From the IMG/VR virus record IMGVR_UViG_3300028603_000036: DNA of 20,000 bases; one strand, given 5' to 3'. Position numbers and translations under genes: made by a program. Under the pieces are notes generated by a model. The model was not told the origin of the DNA. It saw only the letters and a program-made list of their open reading frames with translations, and did not search any database. Origin of the DNA: an uncultured virus (IMG/VR IMGVR_UViG_3300028603_000036). Taxonomy: Duplodnaviria > Heunggongvirae > Uroviricota > Caudoviricetes. This document shows positions 9,128-17,261 of the stretch, in pieces (the stretch's first letter is position 1; each line of letters begins with the position of its first letter).

Positions 9128-10045
9128 ATGTCCTTGTATAACAACGTCGCGGAAAGCCTGTCGGGCGGAAGCCTGATTGGTTCGATTCGCACCGGCATGA
9201 ACGCTGCCCTGGGTGGAGTTGCTAATTCAGCCGCCCAGGCCATGGGTGGCGGCCAGGTGGCGCAGACGGTCGCCAAGATGGGGCAGAGCGCAGCGGTCAA
9301 TGCCGCCGTGAACGTCGTCAACAAGCATGTTCCCATGCAGGCCCAGCGCGCCGTCAATCTGGGAACCGGCGTGGTGGGCGACATCATGCGCGGCGACTGG
9401 GATGGCGCGGGCATGCGCGTCCTGAACTCCGGCATCCTGAATGAAATGCTGCCAGGGTTTGGCGGCGGCATCATGGCGCAAACCGCCTACTGGGGCGGCG
9501 CTACGCCGCTGCTGGGCGGCATCAGCCCGAGCGAGGCCAAGCGCATCTACGACGAAGTGCGCGGTGAGCGGCTTTCCAAAAAGAACCTGTGGCTGCTGGA
9601 GGTGACAAGCAGGCTGGGCGGTGGAGGCATGAACATGCCAGACCGTTTCAACCTGTTCGCCACCGAGGTCGAGTATTCGCCCTTCATCATGGCGGGCGAC
9701 AAGGTGCGTGTAGGCGGCTCCGTGGTCGATGCAATTCAAGGCACGGAGCCTGTCGAAATGCGTATGACGACGCTTGACGATGAGGCCGGTTCAATCAAGC
9801 GGTGGTTTGCTGCTCACCATGGCGCCGCGTCCGCGCGCGACGGCACCATTGGCGAGCCGGATTCCTACGCCATCACCGTCAAGGTGGTTCATTCATTTAT
9901 TACGGCTGCAAGCAACCGGGGCGGGTACGAGGACATCGGCCTGTTCCGGCCAGTCAACCTGGACGTGGCGCTTTCTCGCAGGGAAGACGGGCTGCAAGAG
10001 GTGCAGATGACACTTTCTCAACTAGACACATTTATGAAGCCATGA
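9128..10045 (+). CDS. Tube-fold tail/baseplate protein (P1 Tub-like, tube-initiator type) with Gly/Ala-rich N-terminal extension
   Basis: 305 aa. The C-terminal half (LFATEVEYSP...VRVGG...MTTLDDEAGSIKRWF...DGTIGEPDSYAITVKV) resembles a recalled P1 tail tube-fold protein. It lies upstream of the tape-measure gene. Confidence 0.55.
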   Translation: MSLYNNVAESLSGGSLIGSIRTGMNAALGGVANSAAQAMGGGQVAQTVAKMGQSAAVNAAVNVVNKHVPMQAQRAVNLGTGVVGDIMRGDWDGAGMRVLNSGILNEMLPGFGGGIMAQTAYWGGATPLLGGISPSEAKRIYDEVRGERLSKKNLWLLEVTSRLGGGGMNMPDRFNLFATEVEYSPFIMAGDKVRVGGSVVDAIQGTEPVEMRMTTLDDEAGSIKRWFAAHHGAASARDGTIGEPDSYAITVKVVHSFITAASNRGGYEDIGLFRPVNLDVALSRREDGLQEVQMTLSQLDTFMKP

Positions 10046-10683
10046 GCGCAGGCGTTTACATCATCAAGAACATTAAAAATGGGAAGGTGTATGTTGGCAG
10101 CTCTGCCGACATACCTACCAGGTGGCGCAAGCATAGAGGAACGCTTGAGGCTGGTACGCACCACAACACAAAACTACAGCGTGCATGGTTCAAATATGGT
10201 CGAGATGTATTTTCGTTTGAGGTGGTGGAGATCGAGCCGGACTACGAAAAACGTCTCAAGGCAGAGCAGAGGCTTATTGACCAGCAAAATTCCGCAGTCA
10301 CTGGATACAACATTTACAGCACGGCGGGGAGTCCTCAAGGGTATAGGCACTCTGAGGAAACAATCGCAAAGATTTCTGCTTCGCAGAAGGGCAGGAAGAA
10401 ACCGGCTGGACACGGGGAGCGGGTTTCTGCGGCCCGCAAGGGCATGGCTGTCGGTGCGGATGAGATTGCGCGCTTGGGTGCAATCCGACCCAAATTCCAT
10501 ACCGCTGAATCGCGGGAAAAAATGTCCGCATCACGGCGCGGAAATACGCACCGGCGCGGCTTCAAGGCGTCCGATGAGACGAGGGCCAAGCAGTCAGCAG
10601 CCTTGAAGGGGCGGCCAAAGTCTGAAGAGGCAAGGCGCAATATTGCCGCAGCCGTCCGTCGCCGATTCGGCAAAGAGAGTTGA
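10042..10683 (+). CDS. Free-standing GIY-YIG homing endonuclease with NUMOD3-like DNA-binding repeats
   Basis: The real start is likely ATG 10042 (ATGA overlap with the upstream stop), giving 213 aa. GVYIIKNIKNGKVYVGSS...RWRKH...HHNTKLQRAWFKYG...E...YNI is the I-TevI/Seg-type catalytic domain. HSEETIAKIS, HTAESREKMS, ASDETRAKQS and KSEEARRNIA are NUMOD3-like. Visibly more AT-rich than its neighbours. Confidence 0.9.
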   Translation: MSAGVYIIKNIKNGKVYVGSSADIPTRWRKHRGTLEAGTHHNTKLQRAWFKYGRDVFSFEVVEIEPDYEKRLKAEQRLIDQQNSAVTGYNIYSTAGSPQGYRHSEETIAKISASQKGRKKPAGHGERVSAARKGMAVGADEIARLGAIRPKFHTAESREKMSASRRGNTHRRGFKASDETRAKQSAALKGRPKSEEARRNIAAAVRRRFGKES

Positions 10684-10685
10684 AT

Positions 10686-13600
10686 ATGGCACTGAAGCAT
10701 GACGCCCAAGGATTCCTGGTTGGCGACCCTATCGACTTGAGCGCCCTGGTGGCCGAATGGGCTGGCATCCGTGAGGACGTGCGGGCCATTCGGCAGGCGG
10801 TGCTTGGGATTGAGCAGGCCATGAGCAGCATGGCGCCGGAGTCCACGCCGGTGGCGCTTGCCGTGCCTGGTCGCAGCACCGGCCTTGAAGAAGCTGACCC
10901 GGCTGTAAAGGCGCTGTCCGAAGTCGCACAGCCGGTGATCGCCATCCAGCCAGTTGAGAGCACCGGCGCGCCAGTGCAGCACCAGCAGCCAGAAGCTGCC
11001 CGTCCTGCGCCATCGGCGGCGTCCGCTCCAGCCGCGTCCAGAGACGTGCGGCAAATCCCCGTTTTGTTGCGCACACCGGCCACGCCGAAGGCGAATGCAG
11101 CCGGAGGCGGGCGAGAGGGGGCGGCAGATGCCGCCGTGAACAGGGTAGTTGCCGAGCTGCGCGCCACACGGGCGGCAACGCTACGCGCGCCGGTGGAGCC
11201 GCCGCGCCGGGATAGTCGTGGCAGGTTCGTGAAGGGGCAGGAAGCCAATCAGTCGAAACCCGGCCAGCGCTCCGATGGATCTTCGCCGCGCGAAGAGGAA
11301 GAGCAGGATGAAAGCCTGGTTCGGTCGCTGACTGACCGTGTAACCGGAGCGGTTCGGGAGGCCAGCACCGGCCTTGAAGAAGCTGACCCGGCTGTAAAGG
11401 CGCTGTCCGAAGTCGCACAGCCGGTGGCTCGTGGCTTCGAACTGATAACAGGCGGCGGCGACCAGCAGAAAAAGCAGGAACGCTGGCTGCGCCGCATCTT
11501 CACTACGCTGACCGGCTCCCGGAAAGAGCAAGGTCTGTTCAACAAGATTGCGGCCAAGCGCCTGAAGGCTATCGAAGAAAAGCCGGTGCCGGACGGCGAC
11601 AGCATGGGAATGAGCTTCATTGGCGGTCTACTGGGCTTGCTGGGTGGCCTGTTCGCCAAGATTCCCGGCATTGGCAAGCTGCTTCCGGGTGCCGCTGGTG
11701 CCGCTGGCGCGGCGGGTGCTGCGGCAGGTATGGGGAAGGCTGCCAAGGGCGGCGGCATTGGCCGCATGCTGCGCCGCGTTCCGATTCTGGGGGCGCTGAT
11801 TGGCGGCGCTGGCCTTGCCTACGACCTCTACAGCTCCGAAAACGACGAAACCTTGACGCGCCGAGAGAAAGACCAGAGGGCAGGGCGCGGAACGGGGAGC
11901 CTGGCTGGTGCCGTCGGCGGTATGTGGGCTGGCGCGAAGCTGGGCGCTGCCGTGGGCGCCCTGGGTGGGCCGATTGGCGCTGCGATTGGCGGCGTTGTGG
12001 GCGGTGCCGCCGGACTGTTCTTTGGCGACAAGGCCGGGCAGGTGGTGGGCGAAACGGTGGGCGGCTGGGTGTCCGACCTTCGGGAAGCCGACGTTGGCGG
12101 GATGATCGCCCAGAAATGGGATGCGGCTGTCGAGCGTTTCAGCTCCAAATGGGATGAGGTGTCGGGCTGGTTCAGCTCGAAATGGGATGAAGTTTCGGAG
12201 CGGTTTACGTCCAAATGGGATGAAGTGTCCGAACGCTTCAGCTCCAAGTGGGATGAGCTGACCAAGGGCTTGCAGAGCAAGTGGGATGGGCTGGTTGGCG
12301 ACCTGAAGGGTCTATGGGGCGACATCACCAGCGCAGCCGAGGATGCCTTTGACTGGGTGAAGAGCAAGGGCGACCAAGCCAACGACTACATCAAGTCCGT
12401 TACCGGCGTGGACGTGAAGGAAACCGCCAGAACTGCCGTGAACAGCACCAGAGAGGTGGCTGCTACCGCAATCGCATCAGTCAGGAGCGCAGGCAACGCG
12501 GCCAATGAGGTAGTAAAGGACTGGACTGGCGTGGATGTGAAAGCATCTGCCGGTCGCGCCGTGACTGCGGCCAAGGATGGCGCTGCCTGGGTGGGTGATA
12601 GGGCGACGGCTGCCAAGGATTGGGTTCTCGGCAAAACATCCAAACTATTCGAGTCTGGGAGCGGGGGCGCTGGAACGGTGTCTACAGGGCGTGGCGACCA
12701 CGGCGGCGCATCCTATGGAACCTATCAGCTCGCATCGAATACAGGAACCCTGAAAAAGTTTCTTGACTCAACCTCTTATGGCGAGCAATTCAAGGGCATG
12801 ACGCCCGGAACCAGAGAGTTCAATGACAAGTGGAAACAGATCGCCAGGGATGACCCGAATTTTGGCGATGCCCAGCATGAGTTCATCAAGCAGACACATT
12901 TTGACCCGCAGATTGAGAGGCTGAATAAGGCCGGGATTGACCTGTCTGGTCGTGGCGCCGCCGTAAAGGATTCCGTATGGAGCACATCAGTCCAGTTTGG
13001 TGGAAACAGCAGCCTGATCGAGAAAGCCCTGGCTGGACGCGATGTTGAGAAAATGTCGGATTCTGAAATCGTGTCCACTATTCAGGACTACAAGATTCAG
13101 AATAACGATAGGCTTTTCGCAAGCTCTTCAGATGCAGTGAGAAGGGGAACGCTTAATCGCGCGCATCAAGAGAAAGTGCGCCTTCTTGAGCTTGCCCAGG
13201 CCGATATTCAGGCGCGGTCTGACGAGCGATCCACCCCTGCCGCATCGACAATGGAGGCGCTTTTGGTTGCCGCAACGCCAGCGGAGCACCCTGTTCAAGC
13301 TGGGCGTGGAGTTGAGGCCAGTCCGCGAAATGAGGGTGTAGGACGCGAGGGTGGAGAGCGGGCGCTGGCAATGGCACCTGGCGAGGGTGCGACGGGGCCG
13401 GTTTCCGCTGGCGCGCCTGCATCCGCGCCCGCGCCATCGACCGCTGCCCCGGCATCATCGCCGGAAGTGGCCGTTACCGCGCCGCCTGCGGCCCCTGCCG
13501 CTCCCGTGGTTGCCGGTGCGGCCATGCCCGAAGCCATCAGCCTGGCGGCCCCTGCCGCGCCGGTGGTGGCCGTTGCATCCGTTCCAGCGGTTCCGAGCGC

Positions 13601-13766
13601 CCCCACTATGCCACCTATCGCTGACGCGCCGCCGGTGTCCGTGCCAATGGCGTCCGGCGATACGCGCAAGCCCGTGGCCGTGGTGTCTGCGCCGACCGAG
13701 GTGGGCCAAGACTTGCGTGAGCGCGGTATTGCGCACATTGCCACCGGCGGGCTGGGCAAGGGCTAA
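10686..13766 (+). CDS. Tape-measure-like protein (P1 Sit position) with a lysozyme-like, VgrG3-C-type peptidoglycan hydrolase domain
   Basis: About 1026 aa from ATG 10686 (GAGAG RBS; TTG 10680 is an alternative start). It has glycine-zipper hydrophobic segments, 11-aa Trp-periodic repeats, a FESG...SYGTYQ...VWSTSVQFG lytic domain and a Pro/Ala-rich tail. It sits before pmgA/bplA-like genes, as sit does in P1. Confidence 0.8.
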   Translation: MALKHDAQGFLVGDPIDLSALVAEWAGIREDVRAIRQAVLGIEQAMSSMAPESTPVALAVPGRSTGLEEADPAVKALSEVAQPVIAIQPVESTGAPVQHQQPEAARPAPSAASAPAASRDVRQIPVLLRTPATPKANAAGGGREGAADAAVNRVVAELRATRAATLRAPVEPPRRDSRGRFVKGQEANQSKPGQRSDGSSPREEEEQDESLVRSLTDRVTGAVREASTGLEEADPAVKALSEVAQPVARGFELITGGGDQQKKQERWLRRIFTTLTGSRKEQGLFNKIAAKRLKAIEEKPVPDGDSMGMSFIGGLLGLLGGLFAKIPGIGKLLPGAAGAAGAAGAAAGMGKAAKGGGIGRMLRRVPILGALIGGAGLAYDLYSSENDETLTRREKDQRAGRGTGSLAGAVGGMWAGAKLGAAVGALGGPIGAAIGGVVGGAAGLFFGDKAGQVVGETVGGWVSDLREADVGGMIAQKWDAAVERFSSKWDEVSGWFSSKWDEVSERFTSKWDEVSERFSSKWDELTKGLQSKWDGLVGDLKGLWGDITSAAEDAFDWVKSKGDQANDYIKSVTGVDVKETARTAVNSTREVAATAIASVRSAGNAANEVVKDWTGVDVKASAGRAVTAAKDGAAWVGDRATAAKDWVLGKTSKLFESGSGGAGTVSTGRGDHGGASYGTYQLASNTGTLKKFLDSTSYGEQFKGMTPGTREFNDKWKQIARDDPNFGDAQHEFIKQTHFDPQIERLNKAGIDLSGRGAAVKDSVWSTSVQFGGNSSLIEKALAGRDVEKMSDSEIVSTIQDYKIQNNDRLFASSSDAVRRGTLNRAHQEKVRLLELAQADIQARSDERSTPAASTMEALLVAATPAEHPVQAGRGVEASPRNEGVGREGGERALAMAPGEGATGPVSAGAPASAPAPSTAAPASSPEVAVTAPPAAPAAPVVAGAAMPEAISLAAPAAPVVAVASVPAVPSAPTMPPIADAPPVSVPMASGDTRKPVAVVSAPTEVGQDLRERGIAHIATGGLGKG
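10874..11426 (+). repeat. Exact 64-bp direct repeat (10874-10937 and 11363-11426), in frame
   Basis: CAGCACCGGCCTTGAAGAAGCTGACCCGGCTGTAAAGGCGCTGTCCGAAGTCGCACAGCCGGTG occurs twice, 489 bp (163 codons) apart. Both copies encode STGLEEADPAVKALSEVAQPV. Confidence 0.95.
12114..12317 (+). repeat. Degenerate 33-bp tandem repeats (11-aa KWDxxxxxFSS tape-measure repeat)
   Basis: AAATGGGAT/AAGTGGGAT at 12114, 12147, 12180, 12213, 12246 and 12279, with a further Trp codon in register at 12315. Confidence 0.92.
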
Positions 13767-13767
13767 A

Positions 13768-13818
13768 CGGAAAACTGACCGCTTCCTGGTGCTGCCTGAA
13801 GTCTACTCTTTCCAGCAT
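13768..13818 (+). promoter_or_regulatory. Putative late promoter, copy 2 (predicts leaderless baseplate-operon mRNA)
   Basis: CGGAAAA 13768-13774, 29-nt spacer, TACTCT 13804-13809, then 7 nt to ATG 13817. No SD. Spacing is identical to copy 1. Confidence 0.68.
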
Positions 13819-14125
13819 GGCAAAGATCAATGGAAACGACGTTCAGGGGATGGTTCGCCACTGGCTGAATACGCCGGTTGGCGGCTATCTGGGTTCTGAC
13901 TATGGACAGGACACGAAATCACTTTTGCAGCGCCCGCATGCTGATGGCGCTGCTGATTCGTTCCTGGCAAAGATGCGCAGCGACGTTCCGGTGCTGGAGG
14001 CTCTGCCTGCCGGTTCGCTGAACCTGTACGGGGTTCCGTCTGCCCCAGACCGCCTTGACCTGGTGGTGGAGGTCTTCGGCCAGGCCATAGAAATTACCGG
14101 AGGGGCCAATGCTAACCAAGGCTGA
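13817..14125 (+). CDS. pmgA: Baseplate wedge / sheath-initiator protein, P1 PmgA-like (gp25-like)
   Basis: 102 aa. HWLNTPVGGYLGSDYG resembles recalled P1 PmgA (EWLNTYQGEVYGDPSWG). Synteny sit-pmgA-bplA. Confidence 0.65.
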   Translation: MAKINGNDVQGMVRHWLNTPVGGYLGSDYGQDTKSLLQRPHADGAADSFLAKMRSDVPVLEALPAGSLNLYGVPSAPDRLDLVVEVFGQAIEITGGANANQG

Positions 14126-15605
14126 TTTCCAGAAGGCTATCCGCGACTCGATCAATACATACCCGAATGTCGCGCCGCTTTTCCAGGCGGGCGATCCTCG
14201 CATCATGCAGCACCTGGACGCTATGGCGACCATGCTTTCCATGTTGTCGGCCCAGGTGGAGACGGCCCAGGCCGAGCCGTTTGAGAAGGCGCGGGATTCA
14301 ACCGTTCTGGCAGACGCCGCCATGCGCGGCATTGTGCGCAAAGGTAAGTCCGCGCGCGTTAGGTTGCGGGCCGTTAATACGGGAAGCGAACCTTTCACTG
14401 TGGAGTCTGCGCGGACGCTGCTGGATGCGTCGGGCCTAGCTTGGCGCGTAGAGACGGCGGCGACGGTCGAGCCTGGTGGTTCGGCGACATTCGAGGCCAG
14501 CCAGATCAGCTCAACCCGCGTGAGACATATTGTCCGTGGAACGGAGCCGTTCTACGCCATCCAGGTTCCGGCGCCGGGCGATGACTCATATTTGTGCGCG
14601 ATTGCTGTCAGTGATGTTGATGGCGCCTTTGAGCACCGCGACCGCTACGTGAATACCGATGTTGATGAGCGGGTGTTCCACGTCGAGGCCGACGACCAGC
14701 AGCGCGTGTACGTTCGCTTTGGCTTTGACGGCGTGGTGGGGGTGCAGCCGAAGGATGGCGCGGAAATCGACCTGACCGTGTTCTATACGGCGGGCGAGGT
14801 TAGCCCGGCCTACGGCAGCCCGTTTTCTTTCGAGTATCTGGGCGCGCCCGCCGAGGCCGCCATCACTATGAGCATGGATGCGTTGTTGGTGGCAGGGCAG
14901 AATCCTATGCCCATGGCCGTGCTGCGCGACCTGGCCCGCTATCCGTCCGTCTATGACAACAACGCAGTGTTCCTGGGCGAGTTCGATTTTCTGGTGCGGC
15001 GCAAATTCCCGACCCTTAAATTCCTATCCGTCTGGAATGAGTCGGCAGAGGAACAGGCGCGTGGCCCGAGTTTTGACAACATCAACGCCCTGTTCGTGGC
15101 TTGCCTATCGAGCGATGGCGGTGAACAGGTGCGCCATGAGGATGATCCTGATACCCCGGTCGCCCCACTGGTGATCGAAGGCGATTCCCTGACCGCCACC
15201 CAGCAGGAAATAAAAGCTGCCATCCTGGCCGCCGACGACAGCTATCGGGTGCATTTTTTCACGCCGGTGCGCTCGAAGATCCGCATGACCATCAATGCCC
15301 GTGTGTCCACGTCCTATGTTGCGTCCGACGTTAAGGAGAAGATCACCGAGGCGCTACTGACGGAGTTCGGCCAGGATTCGGCGGCGGCCCGGCGCGGGCG
15401 GCAGCGCCCGCTGTACCAGCGCGTTTACGCACTGCTGCGTAAGAAGGTTCAGGCGCTGTCCGATGGCGAGGCGGACTTGACCGTGAATATCGTGGAGCCT
15501 GCATCGCTGCTGGCGCGGCCTGAAATGTGGCGCTACCTCGATCACGACACGCTGGCCGTGAACGTGGAGACGGTCAACATCGTTACGCCATCCTGGGGCG
15601 GGTAG
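14109..15605 (+). CDS. bplA: Baseplate wedge protein, P1 BplA-like (J-like)
   Basis: 498 aa, overlapping the upstream gene, with a GGAGG RBS. AEPFEKARDSTVLADA, VRFGFDGVVGVQPKDG and YDNNAVFLGEFDFLVRRKFPTLKFLSVWNE...NINALFVA parallel recalled P1 BplA. Confidence 0.78.
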   Translation: MLTKADFQKAIRDSINTYPNVAPLFQAGDPRIMQHLDAMATMLSMLSAQVETAQAEPFEKARDSTVLADAAMRGIVRKGKSARVRLRAVNTGSEPFTVESARTLLDASGLAWRVETAATVEPGGSATFEASQISSTRVRHIVRGTEPFYAIQVPAPGDDSYLCAIAVSDVDGAFEHRDRYVNTDVDERVFHVEADDQQRVYVRFGFDGVVGVQPKDGAEIDLTVFYTAGEVSPAYGSPFSFEYLGAPAEAAITMSMDALLVAGQNPMPMAVLRDLARYPSVYDNNAVFLGEFDFLVRRKFPTLKFLSVWNESAEEQARGPSFDNINALFVACLSSDGGEQVRHEDDPDTPVAPLVIEGDSLTATQQEIKAAILAADDSYRVHFFTPVRSKIRMTINARVSTSYVASDVKEKITEALLTEFGQDSAAARRGRQRPLYQRVYALLRKKVQALSDGEADLTVNIVEPASLLARPEMWRYLDHDTLAVNVETVNIVTPSWGG

Positions 15606-15608
15606 GCC

Positions 15609-17198
15609 ATGGGTTCCTTCGACTTCTCAAATGCCGAGCTGCCGCGCCTGCTGCCGCTGGAAAACAGCTATGCGGAGAACGGCGTCGAAGCCGACCTCAA
15701 GCAGTTATTCCTTGACCTGTTCAACCAGCATCTGGCGGCGGACACGTTCGACGTGAACGTGCTGGGCGCTGCGCATCTTGGCAGTTTCGACCTGGTGCGC
15801 CGAGCCGTAAACACTGATGGCCTGGTGCTGATGCAGGGCGACCGCGAAGAGGCTGCCACTCGCTACCTGTACCGCGCCTGGAAATCGGGCGATGTGCAGG
15901 GGCGCGGGCTGCACTTCCTGCGCACCTACCTTCAGATGCTGTTCCCGAATCTGTGCCAAGTTGATCAGCTTTGGCACGACAAGAATATGCCGTACCCGAC
16001 CGGGCTATATTCGTCCAAGCCACGGTTTTCGTGGTGGCTGCACCAGCTTGGTGAGCCGGGCCTGAAGTTGGACGGTTCCTGGGGCGTTGGTCGGCGCATC
16101 CTGGATGCGGACGAAAGTCGCGCCGACCGCGAGGTCGATACCGACAATATGTATCTGACCAGCCGCGTGGAAATCGTGCTGGACTTCAGCGTGAACGTGC
16201 GTTCGGTGGCAAGCCTGATGCACATTATCCGTTCGGTGATACCGGCGCGCTTGCTACCGCTGTTCCGATTCTGGCTGACTTTCGTGCTGCACCTGGAGAT
16301 CCTTGCGTCGTCCAGCCTGTTCATGGAAAAGAACGCCAAGATGCGTTACCCGTGGTGCGGGCGCGTCATTGGCGAATCCGATGATGTCCGCTGGAAGCTG
16401 GGCCGCGACGGGGAGCTGGTCAAGCTGGGTCTGCCGTTCGGCACCTTCCGCCTGGGCGAGATTCGAGGCGGTAAGTCGGTGTGGCGGCTGAAAAGCTGCC
16501 GCATCGAAAGCGACCTGCTGATGGAAAGCCACGCCAGCGCGTCCGCCTACCGGCTGCCCACGATTGGAGAAAAAGACCGGCGACTGGACGGCACCTGGCG
16601 GCTGGGTGGGCGGTCGATATACGTGGGCAGCCGTGCGCTCATGCAGAAGCGCGTCAACATGGATGTTCCCGCTGACCTGCTGACGACATTCCACGAACAC
16701 CACCAGATCAAGTACCCGGCCAATCCCGCGCGGCTGGGCGCGCGTGTGCGCCTGTCATCCTGGCGTCGTCTGGATGGCCGCTGGAAGGTGGGCGGCCTTC
16801 TGGCTCCGCGTCCGTTCGGCTTCACCCTGGAGCGCGGCGAGCCTTTCCTGATTGAAAGCAGCACGACCATGGCATCCGAGGCTTCTATGTGGGCCTTCCC
16901 GGAGCGCCTGACGCGCGCGGCGGCAACGAAGGTGACAGGCACACCGCGCCAGCTCAATGGTTCCTGGTACTTGGGCGCAGAGAACAAGCTGGGGCGCTTC
17001 CGGCTGAATGGCCGCCGCCTGCGGGCCATGAAGATGACCAAATATCCGCGCCTGGGCCACTTCAAGGTGGCCGCCGACATACCGGGCGAAGAACAGTATG
17101 TGTCCGGCACCGTCCGACGCCTGCGCCTGGATGGTGGGTGGCAAATCGGCAGCCCAGCGGCACCCGAGTTCACTTTTGAGGCGTTCAAGGTGGGTTAA
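15609..17198 (+). CDS. Baseplate wedge protein (gp16/gpI-like N-terminus) with extended C-terminal L[DN]GxW repeats
   Basis: 529 aa, following bplA-like. GRGLHFLRTYLQMLF, LTSRVEI and IIRSVIPARL fit a tail-protein-I-like wedge subunit. Five L[DN]GxW motifs are present. Confidence 0.6.
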   Translation: MGSFDFSNAELPRLLPLENSYAENGVEADLKQLFLDLFNQHLAADTFDVNVLGAAHLGSFDLVRRAVNTDGLVLMQGDREEAATRYLYRAWKSGDVQGRGLHFLRTYLQMLFPNLCQVDQLWHDKNMPYPTGLYSSKPRFSWWLHQLGEPGLKLDGSWGVGRRILDADESRADREVDTDNMYLTSRVEIVLDFSVNVRSVASLMHIIRSVIPARLLPLFRFWLTFVLHLEILASSSLFMEKNAKMRYPWCGRVIGESDDVRWKLGRDGELVKLGLPFGTFRLGEIRGGKSVWRLKSCRIESDLLMESHASASAYRLPTIGEKDRRLDGTWRLGGRSIYVGSRALMQKRVNMDVPADLLTTFHEHHQIKYPANPARLGARVRLSSWRRLDGRWKVGGLLAPRPFGFTLERGEPFLIESSTTMASEASMWAFPERLTRAAATKVTGTPRQLNGSWYLGAENKLGRFRLNGRRLRAMKMTKYPRLGHFKVAADIPGEEQYVSGTVRRLRLDGGWQIGSPAAPEFTFEAFKVG

Positions 17199-17210
17199 CC
17201 CTCTTGGATT

Positions 17211-17261
17211 CGGAAAATGCCGCCGTTTCGGGCAGTTCCGGGCAGCAAGAATGGCTGGCAT
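17211..17261 (+). promoter_or_regulatory. Putative late promoter, copy 3 (tail fibre / receptor-binding operon)
   Basis: CGGAAAA 17211-17217, 29-nt spacer, AAGAAT 17247-17252, and GCAT at 17258-17261 in the same register as copies 1 and 2. A short leader with AGGAGG (17273-17278) follows. Confidence 0.6.

Noticed and set aside
9802..10041. N-terminal 80 aa of the 293-aa ORF call
   Set aside because: It overlaps the tub-like gene. The GIY-YIG domain starts right after ATG 10042, which has an ATGA coupling.
10042..10683. Group I intron or intein hosting the endonuclease
   Set aside because: Both flanking genes look complete and abut the ORF. There is no non-coding space for a ribozyme core and no in-frame host fusion.
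10874..11426. 64-bp repeat pair as a DGR TR/VR pair or att sites
   Set aside because: The copies are identical with no adenine-specific mismatches, both are coding and internal to the gene, and no recombinase or RT is adjacent.
12114..12317. CRISPR-like array
   Set aside because: The 33-bp units are degenerate, in frame and protein-coding, with no repeat-spacer structure.
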